NCBI RefSeq assembly: GCF_009914755.1
Contig: NC_060933.1
Length of the DNA stretch: 64,000 bases
Strand: one strand, 5' to 3'
Source: the human T2T-CHM13v2.0 reference genome, Homo sapiens
Shown here: piece by piece, positions 28,346-42,511 of the stretch
How positions within the stretch are numbered: the first letter of the stretch is position 1
Layout: every line of letters starts with the position of its first letter
Translations under genes and position numbers: made by a program
The notes under the pieces: generated by a model
Database searches by the model: none
What the model saw: only the letters and a program-made list of their open reading frames with translations
What the model was told of the DNA's origin: nothing

Positions 28346-31300
28346 CATTCCATTTAATTCCATTCCATTCCATTCCATTCCATTCTAATCCGTTCCATTC
28401 CATTCCATTCCATTCTATTGCAATCGACTTGATTCCATTCCGTTCCATTCCATTCCATTCCATTCCATTCCATTTTGTTCCAATCCATTCTATTCCGAAC
28501 CATTCCATTCCATTCCATTCCATTCCATTCCATTCCATTCCATTCCATTCCATGCCATTCCACTCGGGTTGATTCCATTCCTTTCCATTCCATTCGTGTT
28601 GAATCCATTCCACACCATTCCATTCTTTTCGAATCCATTCCATTGCACTCGGGTTGATTCCATTCCATTCCATTCCATTCGATTCCATTCCATTCCATTC
28701 CATTCCATTCCATTTCATTACATTCAGATTGATTCTATTCAATTCCCTTACACTCCATTATATTCCAATCCATTCTGGTTGTTTCCATTCCATTCCATTC
28801 CATTTCACTCCATTCCATTGCACTCGGTTTGATTCCATTCCATTCCATTCCATTCCATTCCGGATGATTCCATTCCATTGCATTCCGTTCCATTCCATTC
28901 CACTGCACACAGGTTGATTCCATTCCATTCCATTCCACTCCATTCGGTTCCGTTCCATTCCATTCTATTGCATTCCATTCTATTCGGGTTAATTCCATTC
29001 CATTCTATTCCATTCCATTCCATTCCATTCCATTCCATTGCAATAGAGTTGATTCCATTCCATTCCATTCCATTCCATTCCATTCCGGATGATTCCATTC
29101 CATTGCATTCCATTCCATTCCATTCCATTCCATTCCATTCCATTCCATTCCATTCCATTCCGGATGATTCCATTCCATTGCATTCCATTCCATTCCATTC
29201 CCCTGCACTCGGGTTGATTCCATTCCATTCCACTCCATTCCGTTCCATTCCATTCCATTCCATTGTATTCGGGTTAATTCCATTCCATTCCATTCCATTC
29301 CTTTCCATTCCATTACAATCGAGTTGATTCCATTCCATTCCATTCCATTCCATTCCAGTCCTTTCCATTCCATTCCACTCGGGTTGATTCCATTCTATTA
29401 GTTTCCATTCCATTCCATTCCCTTCCATTCCACTCTGGTTGATTCCATTCCTTTCCATTCCACTCGAATACATTCCCTCCTATTCCACTCGGAACGATTC
29501 CGTTCCATTCCATTCCATTCAATTCCATTCCATTCCATTCCATTCCATTTCGTTCCATTGCATTCTATTCCGTATCATTCCATTCCATTCCATTCCATTC
29601 CATTCCATTCCATTCCATTCCATTCCATTCCACTCGTGTTGATTCCATTCCTTTCCATTCCATTCGGTTTGAAGGCATTCCATTCCATTCCATTCCATTC
29701 CATTCCATTCCATTCCATTGTACTCGGGTTGATTGCATTCCATTGCATTGCATTCCATTCCAATCCGTTGCATTCCATTCCATTACATTCGGAATGATTC
29801 TATTCAACTCCCTTACTCTCCATTACATTCCATTCCATTCGGGTTGTTCCATTCCATTCCATTCCATTCCACTCCATTCCATTGCACTCGGGTTGATTCC
29901 ATTCCACTCCATTCCATTCCATTCCATTCCATTCCGGATGATTCCATTCCATTGCATTCCGTTCCATTACATTCCCCTGCACTCGCGTTGATTCCATTCC
30001 ATTCCATTCAATTCCATTCCATTACAATTCGTTACATTCCATTCTATTCCGTACCATTCCATTCCATTCCATTCCATTCCATTCCATTCCATTCCATTCC
30101 GTTCCATTCCGTTCCATTGCATTCCATTCCATTCTATTCGGGTTAATTCTATTCCATTCCGTTCCATTCCATTCTATTCCATTCCATTGCAATCGAGTTG
30201 AATCCATTGCATTTCATTCCATTCCATTCCATTCCATTCCATTCCGTTCCTTTCCATTCCATTCCATTCCATTCTATTCGGGTTAATTCCATTCCATTCC
30301 ATTCGATTGCAATCGAGTTGATTCCATTCCATTGCATTCCATTCCATTCAATTACATTCGATTGCACTCGGGTTGATTCCATTCCATTGCATTCCATTCC
30401 ATTCCATTCCATTCCATTCCATTCCATTCCATTCAGTTCCATTCCTTTCCATTACATTCGGATTGATTCTATTCAATTCCCTTACACTCCATTACATTCC
30501 ATTCCATTCGGGTAGTTTCCAGTCCATTCCATTCCATTCCTCTCCATTCCATTGCACTCGAGTTGATTCCATTCCATTGCATTCCATTCCATTCCATTCA
30601 ATTCCATTCCGTTCCATTCCATTCCATTACATTTGGATTGATTCTATTCAACTCCCTTACTCTCCATTACTTTCCATTCCATTCGGGTTGTTCCATTCCA
30701 TTCCATTCCATTCCACTCCATTCCATTGCACTCGGGTTGATTCCATTCCATTCCATTCCATTCCATTCCATTCCATTCCGGATGATTCCATTCCATTGCA
30801 TTCCGTTCCATTACATTCCCCTGCACTCGCGTTGATTCCATTCCATTCCATTCCATTCCATTCAATTCCATTCCATTACAATTCGTTCCATTCCATTCTA
30901 TTCCGTACCATTCCATTCCATTCCATTCCATACCATTCCATTCCATTCCATTCCATTCCATTCCATTCCGTTCCATTCCGTTCCATTCCATTCCATTCCA
31001 TTCTATTCGAATTAATTCCATTCCATTCCATTCCATTCCATTCTATTCCATTCCATTGCAATCGAGTTGAATCCATTGCATTTCATTCAATTCCATTCCA
31101 TTCCATTCCATTCCGGAAGACTCCATTCCATTGCATTCCATTCCATTCCATTCCCCTGCACTCTCGTTGATTCCATTCCATTCCATTCCATTCCATTCCA
31201 TTCCATTCCATTCCATTCCGTTCCGTACCATTCCATTCTATTCGGGTTAATTCCTTTCCATTCCATTCGATTGCAATCGAGTTGATTCCATTCCATTCCA

Positions 31301-34300
31301 TTCCATTCCATTCCATTCCATTCCATTCCTTTCCATTCCATTACGGATGATTCCATTCCATTGCATTCCATTCCATTCCATTCCCCTGTACTCGGGTTGA
31401 TTCCATTCCATTCCATTCCAATCCATGCCATTCCACTCGTGTTGATTCCATTCTTTACATTCCATTCAAGTTGAATCCATTCCATTGCCTTCCATTCCAT
31501 TCCATTCCCCTGCAGTCGGGTTGATTCCATTCCTTTCCATTCCATTCCATTCCATTCCATTCCATTCCATTCCGTTCCGTTCCATTCCATTCTATTCCAT
31601 TCTATTCGGGTTAATTCCATTCCATTCCATTCCATTTCAATCGAGTTGATTCCATTCCATTCCATTCCATTCCATTCCACTCCATTCCAGTCCTTTCCAT
31701 TCCATTCCACTCGGGTTGATTCCAATGTATTCCTTTCCATTCCATTCCATTCCTTTGCAATCGAGTTGATTCCATTGCTTTGCATTCCATTCCATTCCAT
31801 TCCATTCCGGATGATTCCATTCCATTGCATTCCATTCCATTCCATTCCCCTGCACTCGGGTTGATTCCATTCCATTCCATTCCATTCCATTCCATTCCAT
31901 TCCATTCCATTTCGTTCCATTCCATTCTATTCCGTATCATTCCATTCCATTCCATTCCATTCCATTCCATTCCATTGTACTCGGGTTGATTCAATTCCAT
32001 TGCATTCCATTCCATTCCATTCCATTCCATTCCGTTGTATTCCATTCCATTACTTTCGGATTGATTCTATTCAACTCCCTTACTCTCCATTACATTCCAA
32101 TCCATTCTGGTTGTTCCATTCCATTCCATTCCATTCCATTGCACTCGGGTTGATTCCATTCCATTCCATTCCATTCCAATCCATTCCGGATGATTCCATT
32201 CCATTGCATTCCTTTCCATTACATTCCCCTGCACTCGCGTTGATTCCATTCCATTCCATTCCATTCCATTCCATTCAATTCCATTCCATTACAATTCGTT
32301 CCATTCCATTCTATTCCGTACCATTCCATTCCATTCCATACAATTCCATTCTATTCCATTCCATTCCATTCCGTTCCATTCCGTTCCATTGCATTCCATT
32401 CCATTCTATTCGGATTAATTCCATTCCATTCCATTCCATTCCATTCTATTCCATTCCATTGCAATCGAGTTGAATCCATTGCATTTCATTCCATTCCATT
32501 CCATTCCATTCCGGAAGATTCCATTCCATTGCATTCCATTCCATTCCATTCCCCTGCACTCGCGTTGATTCCATTCCATTCCATTCCATTCCATTCCGTT
32601 ACGTTCCATTCCATTCCATTCCATTCCATTCCATTCCATTCCGTTCCTTTCCATTCCATTCCATTCCATTCTATTCGGGTTAATTCCATTCCAGTCCATT
32701 CGATTGCAATCGAGTTGATTCCATTCCATTCCATTCCATTCCATTCCATTCCATTCCATTCCATTCCATTCCTTTCCATTCCATTACGGTTGATTCCATT
32801 CCATTGCATTCCATTCCATTCCATTCCCCTGTACTCGGGTTGATTCCATTCCATTCCATTCCAATCCATGCCATTCCACTCGTGTTGATTCCATTCTTTC
32901 CATTCCATTCAAGTTGAATCCATTCCATTGCATTCCATTCCATTCGATTCCTTTTGATTGCACTCAGGTTGATTCCATTCCATTGCATTCCATTCCATTC
33001 CATTCCATTCCATTCCATTCCGGATGATTCCATTCCATTGCATTCCGTCCCATTACATTCCCTTGCACTCGGGTTGATTCCATTCCATTCCATTCCATTC
33101 CATTCGATTCCATTCCATTCCAATTCTTCCATTCCATTCTATTCCGTACCATTCCATTCCATTCCATACAATTCCATTCTATTCCATTCCATTCCATTCC
33201 GTTCCATTCCGTTCCATTGCATTCCATTCCATTCTATTCGGATTAATTCCATTCCATTCCATTCCATTCCATTCTATTCCATTCCATTGCAATCGAGTTG
33301 AATCCATTGCATTTCATTCCATTCCATTCCATTCCATTCCGGAAGATTCCATTCCATTGCATTCCATTCCATTCCATTCCCCTGCACTCGCGTTGATTCC
33401 ATTCCATTCCATTCCATTCCATTCCGTTCCGTTCCATTCCATTCCATTCCATTCCATTCCATTCCATTCCATTCCGTTCCTTTCCATTCCATTCCATTCC
33501 ATTGTATTCGGTTTAATTCCATTCCATTCCATTCCATTCCATTCCATTGCATTCTATTCCATTCCATTGCAATCGAGTTGAATCCATTGCATTCCATTCC
33601 ATTCCATTCCATTCCATTCCGGAAGATTGCATTCCATTGCATTCCATTCCATTCCATTCCATTCCATTCCATTCCATTCCATTGTACTCGGGTTGATTCC
33701 ATTCCATTGCATTCCATTCCATTCCATTCCATTCCGTTCCATTCCATTCCATTACATTCGGATTGATTCTTTTCAACTCCCTTACTCTCCATTACATTCC
33801 ATTCCATTCGGGTTGTTCCATTCCATTCCATTCCATTCCACTCCATTCCATTGCACTCGGGTTGATTCCATTCCATTCCATTCCGGATGATTCCATTCCA
33901 TTGCATTCCGTTCCATTACATTCCCCTGCACTCGGGTTGATTCCATTCCATTCCTTTCCATTCCATTCGATTCCATTCCATTCCCCTGCACGCGCGTTGA
34001 TTCCATTCCATTCCATTCCATTCCATTCCTTTCCATTCCATTCCTTTCCCTTCCATTCCATTCCATTCCATTCCATTCCGTTCCGTTCCATACCATTCCA
34101 TTCCATTCTATTCGGGTTAATTCCATTCCATTCCATTCGATTGCAATCGAGTTGATTCCATTCCATTCCATACCATTCGATTGCAATCGAGTTGATTCCA
34201 TTCCATTCCATTACATTCCATTCCAATCCAGTCCTTTCCATTCCTTTCCATTCCATTACTGATCATTCCATTCTATTGCATTCCATTCCATTCCATTCCC

Positions 34301-37300
34301 CTGTACTCGGGTTGATTCCATTCCATTCCATTCCAATCCATGCCATTCCACTCGTGTTGATTCCATTCTTTCCTTTCCATTCAAGTTGAATCCATTCCAT
34401 TGCATTCTATTCCATTCGATTCCATTCGATTGCACTCGGGTTGATACCATTCCATTGCATTCCATTCCATTGCATTCCATTCCGTTCCATTCCATTTCAT
34501 TACATTCAGATTGATTCTATTCAATTCCCTTACACTCCAATATATTCCAATCCATTCTGGTTGTTTCCATTCCATTCCATTCCATTTCACTCCATTCCAT
34601 TGCACTCGGGTTGATTCCATTCCATTCCATTCCATTGCATTCCATTCCATTCCATTCCGGATGATTCCATTCCATTTCATTCCATTCCATTCCATTCGCC
34701 TGCACTCGGGTTGATTCCATTTCATTCCATTCCATTACATTCCGTTCCATTCCATTCCATTCCATTCGGATTGATTCTATTCAATTCCCTTACGCTCCAT
34801 TACATTCCATTCCATTCGGGTAGTTTCCATTCCATTCCATTCCATTCCTCTCCATTCCATTGCACTCGGGTTGATTCCATTCCATTCCATTCCATTCCAT
34901 TCCATTCCATTCCATTCCATTCCATTACATTACATTACATTCCGTTCCATTGTACTCGGGTTGATTCCATTCCATTGCATTCCTTTCCATTCCATTCCAT
35001 TCCATTCCATTACATTCCATTCCGTTCCATTCCATTACATTCGGATTGATTCTATTCAACTCCCTTACTCTCCATTACATTCCATTCCATTCGGGTTGTT
35101 CCATTCCATTCCATTCCATTCCACTCCATTCCATTGCACTCGGGTTGATTCCATTTCATTCCATTCCATTCCATTCCATTCCATTCCATTCCATTCCATT
35201 CCGGATGATTCCATTCCATTGCATTCCTTTCCATTACATTCCCCTGCACTCGGGTTGATTCCATTCCATTCCATTCCATTCCATTCGATTCCATTCCATT
35301 CCAATTCTTTCCATTCCATTCTATTCCGTACCATGCCATACCATTCCATACAATTCCATTCCATTCCATTCCACTCCGTTCCGTTCCATTCCGTTCCGTT
35401 CCGTTCCATTCCATTCCGTTCCATTGTATTCGGGTTAATTCCATTTCATTCCATTCGATTGCAATCGAGTTGATTCCATTCCATTCCATTCCATTCCATT
35501 CCATTCCATTCCTTTCCATTCCATTACGGATGATTCCATTCCATTGCATTGCATTCCATTCCATTCCCCTGTACTCGGGTTGATTCCATTCCATTCCATT
35601 CCAATCCATGCCATTCCACTCGTGTTGATTCCATTCTTTCCATTCCATTCAAGTTGAATCCATTCCATTGCCTTCCATTCCATTCCATTCCCCTGCAGTC
35701 GGGTTGATTCCATTCCGTTCCATTCCATTCCATTCCATTCCATTCCATTCCAATCCGTTCCGTTCCATTCCATTCCATTCCATTGTATTCGGGTTAATTC
35801 CATTCCATTTCTTTCCATTCCGTTCCATTCCATTCCATTCCATTACAATCGAGTTGATTCCATTCCATTCCATTCCATTCCAGTCCTTTCCATTCCATTC
35901 CACTCGGGTTGATTCCATTCTATTAGTTTCCATTCCATTCCATTCCCTTCCATTCCACTCTGGTTGATACCATTCCTTTCCATTCCACTCGAATACATTC
36001 CCTCCTATTCCACTCGGAACGATTCCATTCCATTCCATTCCATTCCATTCCATTCCATTCCATTCCATTCCATTTCGTTCCATCCCATTCTATTCCGTAT
36101 CATTCCATTCCATTCCATTCCATTCCATTCCATTCCATTGTACTCGGGTTGATTCAATTCCATTGCATTCCATTCCATTCCATTCCATTCCATTCCGTTG
36201 CATTCCATTCCATTACATTCGGATTGATTCTATTCAACTCCCTTACTCTCCATTACATTCCATTCCATTCGGGTTGTTCAATTCCATTCCATTCCATTCC
36301 ACTCCATTCCATTGCACTCGGGTTGATTCCATTCCATTCCATTCCATTCCATTCCATTCCGGATGATTCCATTCCATTGCATTACTTTCCATTACATTCC
36401 CCTGCACTCGCGTTGATTCCATTCCATTCCATTCCATTCCATTCAATTCCATTCCATTACAATTCGTTCCATTCCATTCTATTCCGTACCATTCCATTCC
36501 GTTCCATACAATTCCATTCCATTCCATTCCATTCCATTCCGTTCCATTCCGTTCCATTGCATTCCATTCCATTCTATTCGGATTAATTCCATTCCATTCC
36601 ATTCCATTCTATTCCATTCCATTGCAATCGAGTTGAATCCATTGCATTTCATTCCATTCCATTCCATTCCATTCCATTCCGGAAGATTCCATTCCATTGC
36701 ATTCCATTCCATTCCATTCCCCTGCACTCGCGTTGATTCCATTCCATTCCATTCCATTCCATTCCGTTCCGTTCCATTCCATTCCATTCCATTCCATTCC
36801 ATTCCGTTCCGTTCCATTCCATTCCATTCCATTCTATTCGGGTTAATTCCATTCCATTCCATTCGATTGCAATCGAGTTGATTCCATTCCATTCCATTGC
36901 ATTCCATTCCATTCCATTCCTTTCCATTCCATTACGGTTGATTCCATTCCATTGCATTCCATTCCATTCCATTCCCCTGTACTCGGGTTGATTCCATTCC
37001 ATTCCATTCCAATCCATGCCATTCCACTCGTGTTGATTCCATTCTTTCCATTCCATTCAAGTTTAATCCATTCCATTGCATTCCATTCCATTCGATTCCA
37101 TTTGATTGCACTCGGGTTGATTCCATTCCATTGCATTCCATTCCATTCCATTCCATTCCATTCCATTCCATTCCATTCCGTTCCATTCCATTCCATTACA
37201 TTCGGATTGATTCTATTCAATTCCCTTACACTCCATTACATTCGATTCGGGTAGTTTCCATTGCATTCCATTCCATTCCTCTCCATTCCATTGCACTCGG

Positions 37301-39218
37301 GTTGATTCCATTCCATTGCAGTCCATTCCATTCCATTCAATTCCATTCCGTTCCATTCCATTCCATTACATTCGGATTGATTCTATTCAACTCCCTTACT
37401 CTCCATTACATTCAATTCCATTCGGGTTGTTCCATTCCATTCCATTCCATTCCACTCCATTCCATTGCACTCGGGTTGATTCCATTCCATTCCATTCCAT
37501 TCCATTCCATTCCGGAAGATTCCATTCCATTGCATTCCATTCCATTCCATTCCCCTGCACTCGCGTTTATTCCATTCCATTCCATTCTATTCCATTCCAT
37601 TCCCTTCCTTTCCGTTCCTTTCCATTCCATTCCATTCCATTCTATTCCGTTCCGTTCCATTCCATTCCATTCCATTCTATTTGGGTTAATTCCTTTCCAT
37701 TCCATTCGATTGCAATCGAGTTGATTCCATTCCATTCCATTCCATTCCATTCCATTCCATTCCATTCCATTCCTTTCCATTCCATTACGGATGATTCCAT
37801 TCCATTGCATTCCCTTCCATTCCATTCCCCTGTACTCGGGTTGATTCCATTCCATTCCATTCCAATCCATGCCATTCCACTCGTGTTGATTCAATTCTTT
37901 CCATTCCATTCAAGTTGAATCCATTCCATTGCATTCCATTCCATTCGATTCCATTCGATTGCACTCGGGTTGATTCCATTCCATTGCATTCCATTCCATT
38001 CCATTCCATTCCATTCCATTCCGTTCCATTCCATTCCATTACATTCGGATTGATTCTATTCAATTCCGTTACACTCCATTACATTCCATTCCATTCGGGT
38101 AGTTTCCATTCCATTCCATTCCATTCCTCTCCATTCCAAGGAACTCGGGTTCATTCCATTCCATTGCATTCCATTCCATTCCATTCAATTCCATTCCGTT
38201 CCATTCCATTCCATTACATTCGGATTGATTCTATTCAACTCCCTTACTCTCCATTACATTCCATTCCATTCGGGTTGTTCCATTCCATTCCATTCCATTC
38301 CACTCCATTCCATTGCACTCGGGTTGATTCCATTCTATTCCATTAAATTCCATTCCATTCCATTCCATTCCGTTCCGGAAGATTCCATTCCACTGCATTC
38401 CATTCCATTCCATTCCCCTGCACTCGCGTTGATTCCATTCCATTCCATTCTATTCCATTCCATTCCCTTCCTTTCCGTACCATTTCATTCCATTCCATTC
38501 CATTCCATTCCGTTCCGTTCCATTCCATTCAATTCCATTCTATTCGGGTTAATTCCATTCCATTCCATTCGATTGCAATCGAGTTGATTCCATTCCATTC
38601 CATTCCATTCCATTCTATTCCTTTCCATTCCATTACGGATGATTCCATTCCATTGCATTCCATTCCGTTCCATTCCCCTGTACTCGGGTTGATTCCATTC
38701 CATTCCATTCCAATCCATGCCATTCCACTCGTGTTGATTCCATTCTTTCCATTCCATTCAAGTTGAATCCATTCCATTGCATTCCATTCCATTCGATTCC
38801 ATTCGATTGCACTCGGGTTGATTCCATTCCATTGCATTCCATTGCATTCCATTCCATTCCATTCCATTCCATTCCGTTCCATTCCATTCCATTACATTCG
38901 GATTGATGCTATTCAATTCCCTTACACTCCATTACATTCAATTCCATTCGGGTAGTTTCCATTCCATTCCATTCCATTCGTCTCCATTCCATTGAACTCG
39001 GGTTGATTCCATTCCATTGCATTCCATTCCATTCCATTCAATTCCATTCCGTTCCATTCCATTCCATTACATTCGGATTCATTCTATTCAACTCCCTTGC
39101 TCTCTATTACATTCCATTCCATTCGGGTTGTTCCATTCCATTCCATTCCATTCCACTCCATGCCATTGCACTCGGGTTGATTCCATTCCATTCCATTCCA
39201 TTCCATTCCATTCCGGAA

Positions 39219-42200
39219 GATTCCATTCCATTGAATTCCATTCCATTCCATTCCCCTGGACTCGCGTTGATTCCATTCCATTCCATTCTATTCTATTCCA
39301 TTCCCTTCCTTTTCGTTCCATTCCATTCCATTCCATTCCATTCCATTCTATTCAGGTTAATTCCATTCCATTCCATTCCATTCCATTACAATCGAGTTGA
39401 TTCCATTCCATTCCATTCCATTCCAGTCTTTTCCATTCCATTCCTCTCGGGTTGATTCCATTCTATTAGTTTCCATTCCATTCCATTCCCTTCTATTCCA
39501 CTCTGGTTGATTCCATTCCTTTCCATTCCACTCAAATACATTCCCTCCTATTCCACTCGGAACGATTCCATTCCATTCCATTCCATTCCATTCCATTCCA
39601 TTCCATTCCATTCCATTTCGTTCCATTCCATTCTATTCCGTATCATTCCATTCCATTCAATTCCCTTCCATTCCATTCCATTCCATTCCATTTCGTTCCA
39701 TTCCATTCTATTTCGTATCATTCCATTCCATTGCATTCCATTCCATTCCATTCCATTCCATTCCATTCCATTCCATTGAACTCGGGTTGATTCCATTCCA
39801 TTCCATTCCATTCCATTCCATTCCATTCCATTCCATTCCATTCAATTCCATTCCGTTCCATTCCATTCCATTCCATTCGGATTCATTCTATTCAACTCCC
39901 TTACTCTCCATTACATTCCATTCCATTCGGGTTAATTCCATTCCATTCCATTCCATTCCATTACAATCGAGTTGATTCCATTCCATTCCATTCCATTCCA
40001 TTCTTTTCCATTCCATTCCTCTCGGGTTGATTCCATTCTATTAGTTTCCATTCCATTCCATTCCCTTCCATTCCACTCTGGTTGATTCCATTCCTTTCCA
40101 TTCCACTCGAATACATTCCCTCCTATTCCACTCGGAACGATTCCATTCCATTCCATTCCATTCCATTCCATTCCATTCCATTCCATTCCATTCCATTTCG
40201 TTCCATTCCATTCTATTCCGTATCATTCCATTCCATTCAATTCCCTTCCATTCCATTCCATTCCATTCCATTTCGTTCCATTCCATTCTATTCCGTATCA
40301 TTCCATTCCATTCCATTCCATTCCATTCCATTCCATTCCATTCCATTCCATTCCATTGAACTCGGGTTGATTCCATTCCATTCCATTCCATTCCATTCCA
40401 TTCAATTCCATTCCGTTCCATTCCATTCCATTACATTCGGATTCATTCTATTCAACTCCCTTACTCTCCATTACATTCCATTCCATTCGGGTTGTTCCAT
40501 TCCATTCCATTCCATTCCACTCCATTCCATTCCACTCCATTCCATTGCACTCGGGTTGATTCCATTCCATTCCATTCCATTCCATTCCATTCCATTCCAT
40601 TCCGGAAGATTAAATTCCATTGCATTCCATTCCATTCCATTCCCCTGCACTCGCGTTGATTCCATTCCATTCCATTCTATTCCATTCCATTCCCTTCCTT
40701 TTCTTTCCATTCCATTCCATTCCATTCCTTTCCATTCCATTCCATTCGGGTTAATTCCATTCCATTCCATTCCATTCCATTACAATCGAGTTGATTCCAT
40801 TCCATTCCATTCCATTCCAGTCTTTTCCATTCCATTCCTCTCGGGTTGATTCCATTCTATTAGTTTCCATTCCATTCCATTCCCTTCCATTCCACTCTGG
40901 TTGATTCCATTCCTTTCCATTCCACTCGAATACATTCCCTCCTATTCCACTTGGAACGATTCCATTCCATTCCATTCCATTCCATTCCATTCCATTCCAT
41001 TCCATTTCGTTCCATTCCATTCTATTCCGTATCATTCCACTCCATTCCATTCCATTCCATTCCATTCCATTCCATTCCAATCGAGTTGATTCCATTCCAT
41101 TCCATTCCATTCCATTCCACTCCATTCCAGTCCTTTCCATTCCATTCCACTCGGGTTGATTCCAATGTATTCCTTTCCATTCCATTCCATTCCATTGCAA
41201 TCGAGTTGATTCCATTGCTTTGCATTCCATTCCATTCCATTCCATTCCGGATGATTCCATTCCATTGCATTCCATTCCATTCCATTCCCCTGCACTCGGG
41301 TTGATTCCATTCCATTCCACTCCATTCCGTTCCATTCCATTCCATTCCATTTTATTCGGGTTAATTCCATTCCATTCCATTCCATTCCGTTCCATTCCAT
41401 TCCATTCCATTACAATCGAGTTGATTCCATTCCATTCCATTCCATTCCAGTCCTTTCCATTCCATTCCACTCGGGTTGATTCCATTCTATTAGTTTCCAT
41501 TCCATTCCATTCCCTTCCATTCCACTCTGGTTGATACCATTCCTTTCCATTCCACTCGAATACATTCCCTCCTATTCCACTCGGAACGATTCCATTCCAT
41601 TCCATTCCATTCCATTCCATTCCATTCCATTCCATTTCGTTCCATCCCATTCTATTCCGTATCATTCCATTCCATTCCATTCCATTCCATTCCATTGCAT
41701 TCCATTCCATTCCATTGTACTCGGGTTGATTCAATTCCATTGCATTCCATTCCATTCCATTCCATTCCATTCCGTTGCATTCCATTCCATTACATTCGGA
41801 TTGATTCTATTCAACTCCCTTACTCTCCATTACATTCCATTCCATTCGGGTTGTTCCATTCCATTCCATTCCATTCCACTCCATTCCATTGCACTCGGGT
41901 TGATTCCATTCCATTCCATTCCATTCCATTCCATTCCGGATGATTCCATTCTATTGCATTCCTTTCCATTACATTCCCCTGCACTCGCGTTGATTCCATT
42001 CCATTCCATTCCATTCCATTCAATTCCATTCCATTACAATTCGTTCCATTCCATTCTATTCCGTAGCATTCCATTCCGTTCCATACAATTCCATTCCATT
42101 CCATTCCATTCCATTCCGTTCCATTCCGTTCCATTGCATGCCATTCCATTCTATTCGGATTAATTCCCTTCCATTCCATTCCATTCTATTCCATTCCATT

Positions 42201-42511
42201 GCAATCGAGTTGAATCCATTGCATTTCATTCCATTCCATTCCATTCCATTCCATTCCGGAAGATTCCATTCCATTGCATTCCATTCCATTCCATTCCCCT
42301 GCACTCGCGTTGATTCCATTCCATTCCATTCCATTCCATTCCGTTCCGTTCCATTCCATTCCATTCCATTCCATTCCATTCCGTTCCGTTCCATTCCATT
42401 CCATTCTATTCTATTCGGGTTAATTCCATTCCATTCCATTCGATTGCAATCGAGTTGATTCCATTCCATTCCATTCCATTCCATTCCATTCCATTCCATT
42501 CCATTACGGTT
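39219..42511. repeat. ~3.29 kb tandem duplication, copy 1
   Basis: Paired markers: CCCCTGGACTCGCG 39253/42546, CTCAAATACA 39531/42824, GAAGATTAAA 40605/43898, TTGGAACGA 40951/44244, GTAGCATTCC 42063/45351. Confidence 0.95.

Noticed and set aside
29786-29796. GGAATG on the + strand (CATTCGGAATG; also ~9774 and 11132) as a possible inversion breakpoint
   Set aside because: These are single-pentamer point variants, and the flanks keep the CATTC orientation. There is no strand switch anywhere in the window.
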